The notes beneath the pieces are model-generated. The model made no database searches. It saw only the letters and a program-made list of their open reading frames with translations, and was not told the DNA's origin. Both the position numbers and the translations under genes were made by a program. A stretch of 64,000 nt of DNA from assembly GCA_043228905.1 (NCBI GenBank), contig JBHGNT010000002.1, positions 25,606,001 to 25,670,000 on the forward strand, in the 5' to 3' direction. This DNA comes from Azolla caroliniana. Its lineage: Eukaryota; Plantae; Polypodiophyta. Of this stretch, positions 62,301-64,000 are shown one piece after another (the first letter of the stretch is position 1; each line of letters opens with the position of its first letter).

Positions 62301-63789
62301 AAACAAAAAAGTTTCAATGCACATTTAATAAAAAATAGAGCATCAAACTTGCGTTGATTATGAATAACTTCAATCAGAAAACGTGTCACAGTACATGGAC
62401 ATATATACAGATTGAAAGAGTCATCTCTTGGGTGAATCTTTTTAAAAATGTGGGTTTAAACTTGACATGGATAATTAGCAGGTATGTTTCTTGAATACAC
62501 AGTGCATATCCAAGTAGACATCCAGACTGCTATATGATTGGCAGCTACATGACTTACAAGCAGTCAATCAAAGAAATCTTGCCTATTTTCAAGTCTCAGT
62601 CTCATATGAAGCTTCAATTTCAGAGTTTATTATGTCCATTTCTAAAATAGTACAACTCCAAGGCCAAAATAAGTAGTATTTTGACCTCCAATTGACATTT
62701 CTATGATGCATCTTGTGTTCAAAGTTTTTCCAATAAAGAAAACATACCAGCAGTACTCCAAGGTTCTGCTCAAGCCTAATCTGTTCTTGTGCATGAACAT
62801 GGGACAATTTTCTTGCATGTGCCTGAATATAATCAAGCAAGTGAATCAAAAGTGTCTACTCTTAACAAAAGTGTAATTAAAATGTGTTAATGCTTCACCT
62901 GAAGGTAACCTAGAAGCATCACAAGTAAAGCATAGGAACCAATTCCTCCACTATATACCTATGAACGCAACAATATGGATTTTGTCATAATAAGTAAAGG
63001 TATGAAACATAAAAGCCCCTTATTGGAGCATACACAAAAGTTCCACTAAATATTTAGTATATATATGAAATAAGAGAGTCAAAACGGTATAAAATGTCTT
63101 CTAACTCAACAAACTGTTGACATCCAGAAAAGAGACCCTAAAACCTAAACCGCTCTTTAATGGAATTAATGTTCAGAACAGAGAAGATTAGTATTTTACC
63201 CAAAAAAATAAAAATTATTAATAAATCAGCTTTTCCATCACTAGATATTAAACCTCACAACTAAAGTATGTCATAGAGCACTAGCATGACAGAAAGTGGC
63301 AATTCATTTTTATCGTTGACGATTTCAAATACACCATTCACATATCATATAGATGCATATGCAAGGGTATGCAGATAAAAACGAGGGGCAAGAAGACAGA
63401 ATCAAAAAACAGACAGATAGTATTACTATGTGCTTATATATAAAAATGTGGCTAGTGGAAATTATCTCATGTAGAATACATAACCTAGCAAGATGAAAAT
63501 GCATTTCTCATACTCCCATCGATCCTTACAACTCATAAATGTGTAAACATCATGTTACGATGACAAAACAGCTTCAGCCCATAAACTGCAAGAGATTCCC
63601 TCTATGAAACTACGTCAAACATAACTTACAAGTGATAAATGTGAAGGTGAGTATTTATAGCAATAAGCCATCAGAAAAAACTTGGAAGTAAAATTTGAAA
63701 ATGCTTACTTCATTCAAATCCCGTTGTTGAAGAAATATCTTCACTACCATACATAGTGGTTTTAGAGGAGGAACAGCTTTTAATGCTTC
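59303..63789 (-). CDS. TRF4/TRF5/PAPD5-like non-canonical poly(A) polymerase (TRL-like), 3' portion; 5' exons lie beyond the window
   Basis: Exons 63789-63709 (EALKAVPPLKPLCMVVKIFLQQRDLNE), 62958-62899 (VYSGGIGSYALLVMLLGYLQ), 62822-62748 (..EQNLGVLL), 62071-61974 (VEFFEFYGRSLNIKDVGISC), 61822-61774 (KPLMLTVEDPQ), 61700-61656 (APSSDIAKSSFNFQK), 59776-59303 (VRFAFMLAHRALTD..LLSRIVRVD plus a Lys-rich tail). This is the Cid1/PAP-associated domain signature. Confidence 0.88.
60000..61500 (-). mobile_element. Probable decayed LINE remnant in the last intron of the TRF4-like gene
   Basis: GC-richer, coding-like segment in a 1.9-kb intron. Minus-strand KGHFSYLGIK at ~61262-61292 resembles the RT YLGI motif, but there are many stops. 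Confidence 0.35.
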
Positions 63790-64000
63790 CTAAAGAGAAA
63801 AAACACATAGAAGACAAGATTAGATCAATATTGCATATACAAGGGTACATAATAACGAAAACACCTCCTCCTTGGTGACACCATTAACAAAGTGATGCCA
63901 GTCTTCGAGCTACTCAGTTTGTCCTTAGTTACAAAGTACAAATTCACCGTCAAAGGACATAGGCTAAATGGGAAATTTCCATAGCCATCCATCCTCAATA

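Noticed and set aside
1782-63789. A nucleotide/RNA-metabolism gene cluster (HD hydrolase, ISN1, TRF4-like polymerase)
   Set aside because: The genes are interspersed with unrelated CPK, DDT and ClpD genes. There is no shared regulatory evidence, and chance neighbourhood is the default in plant genomes.

Overview
Eukaryotic, intron-rich plant nuclear DNA. A seed-free plant such as a fern is inferred from the ISN1 gene, the RTE/RTEX-like LINEs and the (TATG)n/(CT)n-rich gene flanks; the species is not determined. Six spliced protein genes could be rebuilt exon by exon: an HD-domain phosphohydrolase (+, 1782-4601, with a GC-AG intron), a CPK17/34-like calcium-dependent protein kinase (+, 10545-15843), a DDR4-like DDT-domain chromatin protein (-, 20795-27865), plastid ClpD/ERD1 (-, 29958-36925), an ISN1-family IMP-specific 5'-nucleotidase with a long transit-peptide-like extension and an 18-nt microexon (-, 46256-55705), and the 3' part of a TRF4/PAPD5-like non-canonical poly(A) polymerase (-, 59303 to >63789). 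Mobile DNA includes a young 5'-truncated LINE at the left edge that abuts telomere-like repeats bracketed by a 19-bp direct repeat, a non-autonomous hAT element with a perfect 8-bp TSD carrying a nested LINE 3' end, a second copy of that LINE, and a 181-bp poly(A) retro-insertion with a 13-bp TSD. Short tandem duplications and microsatellites are abundant. No rRNA, tRNA or CRISPR features were seen. The most interesting candidate is the possibly organelle-targeted ISN1; no clearly new multi-gene system was found.
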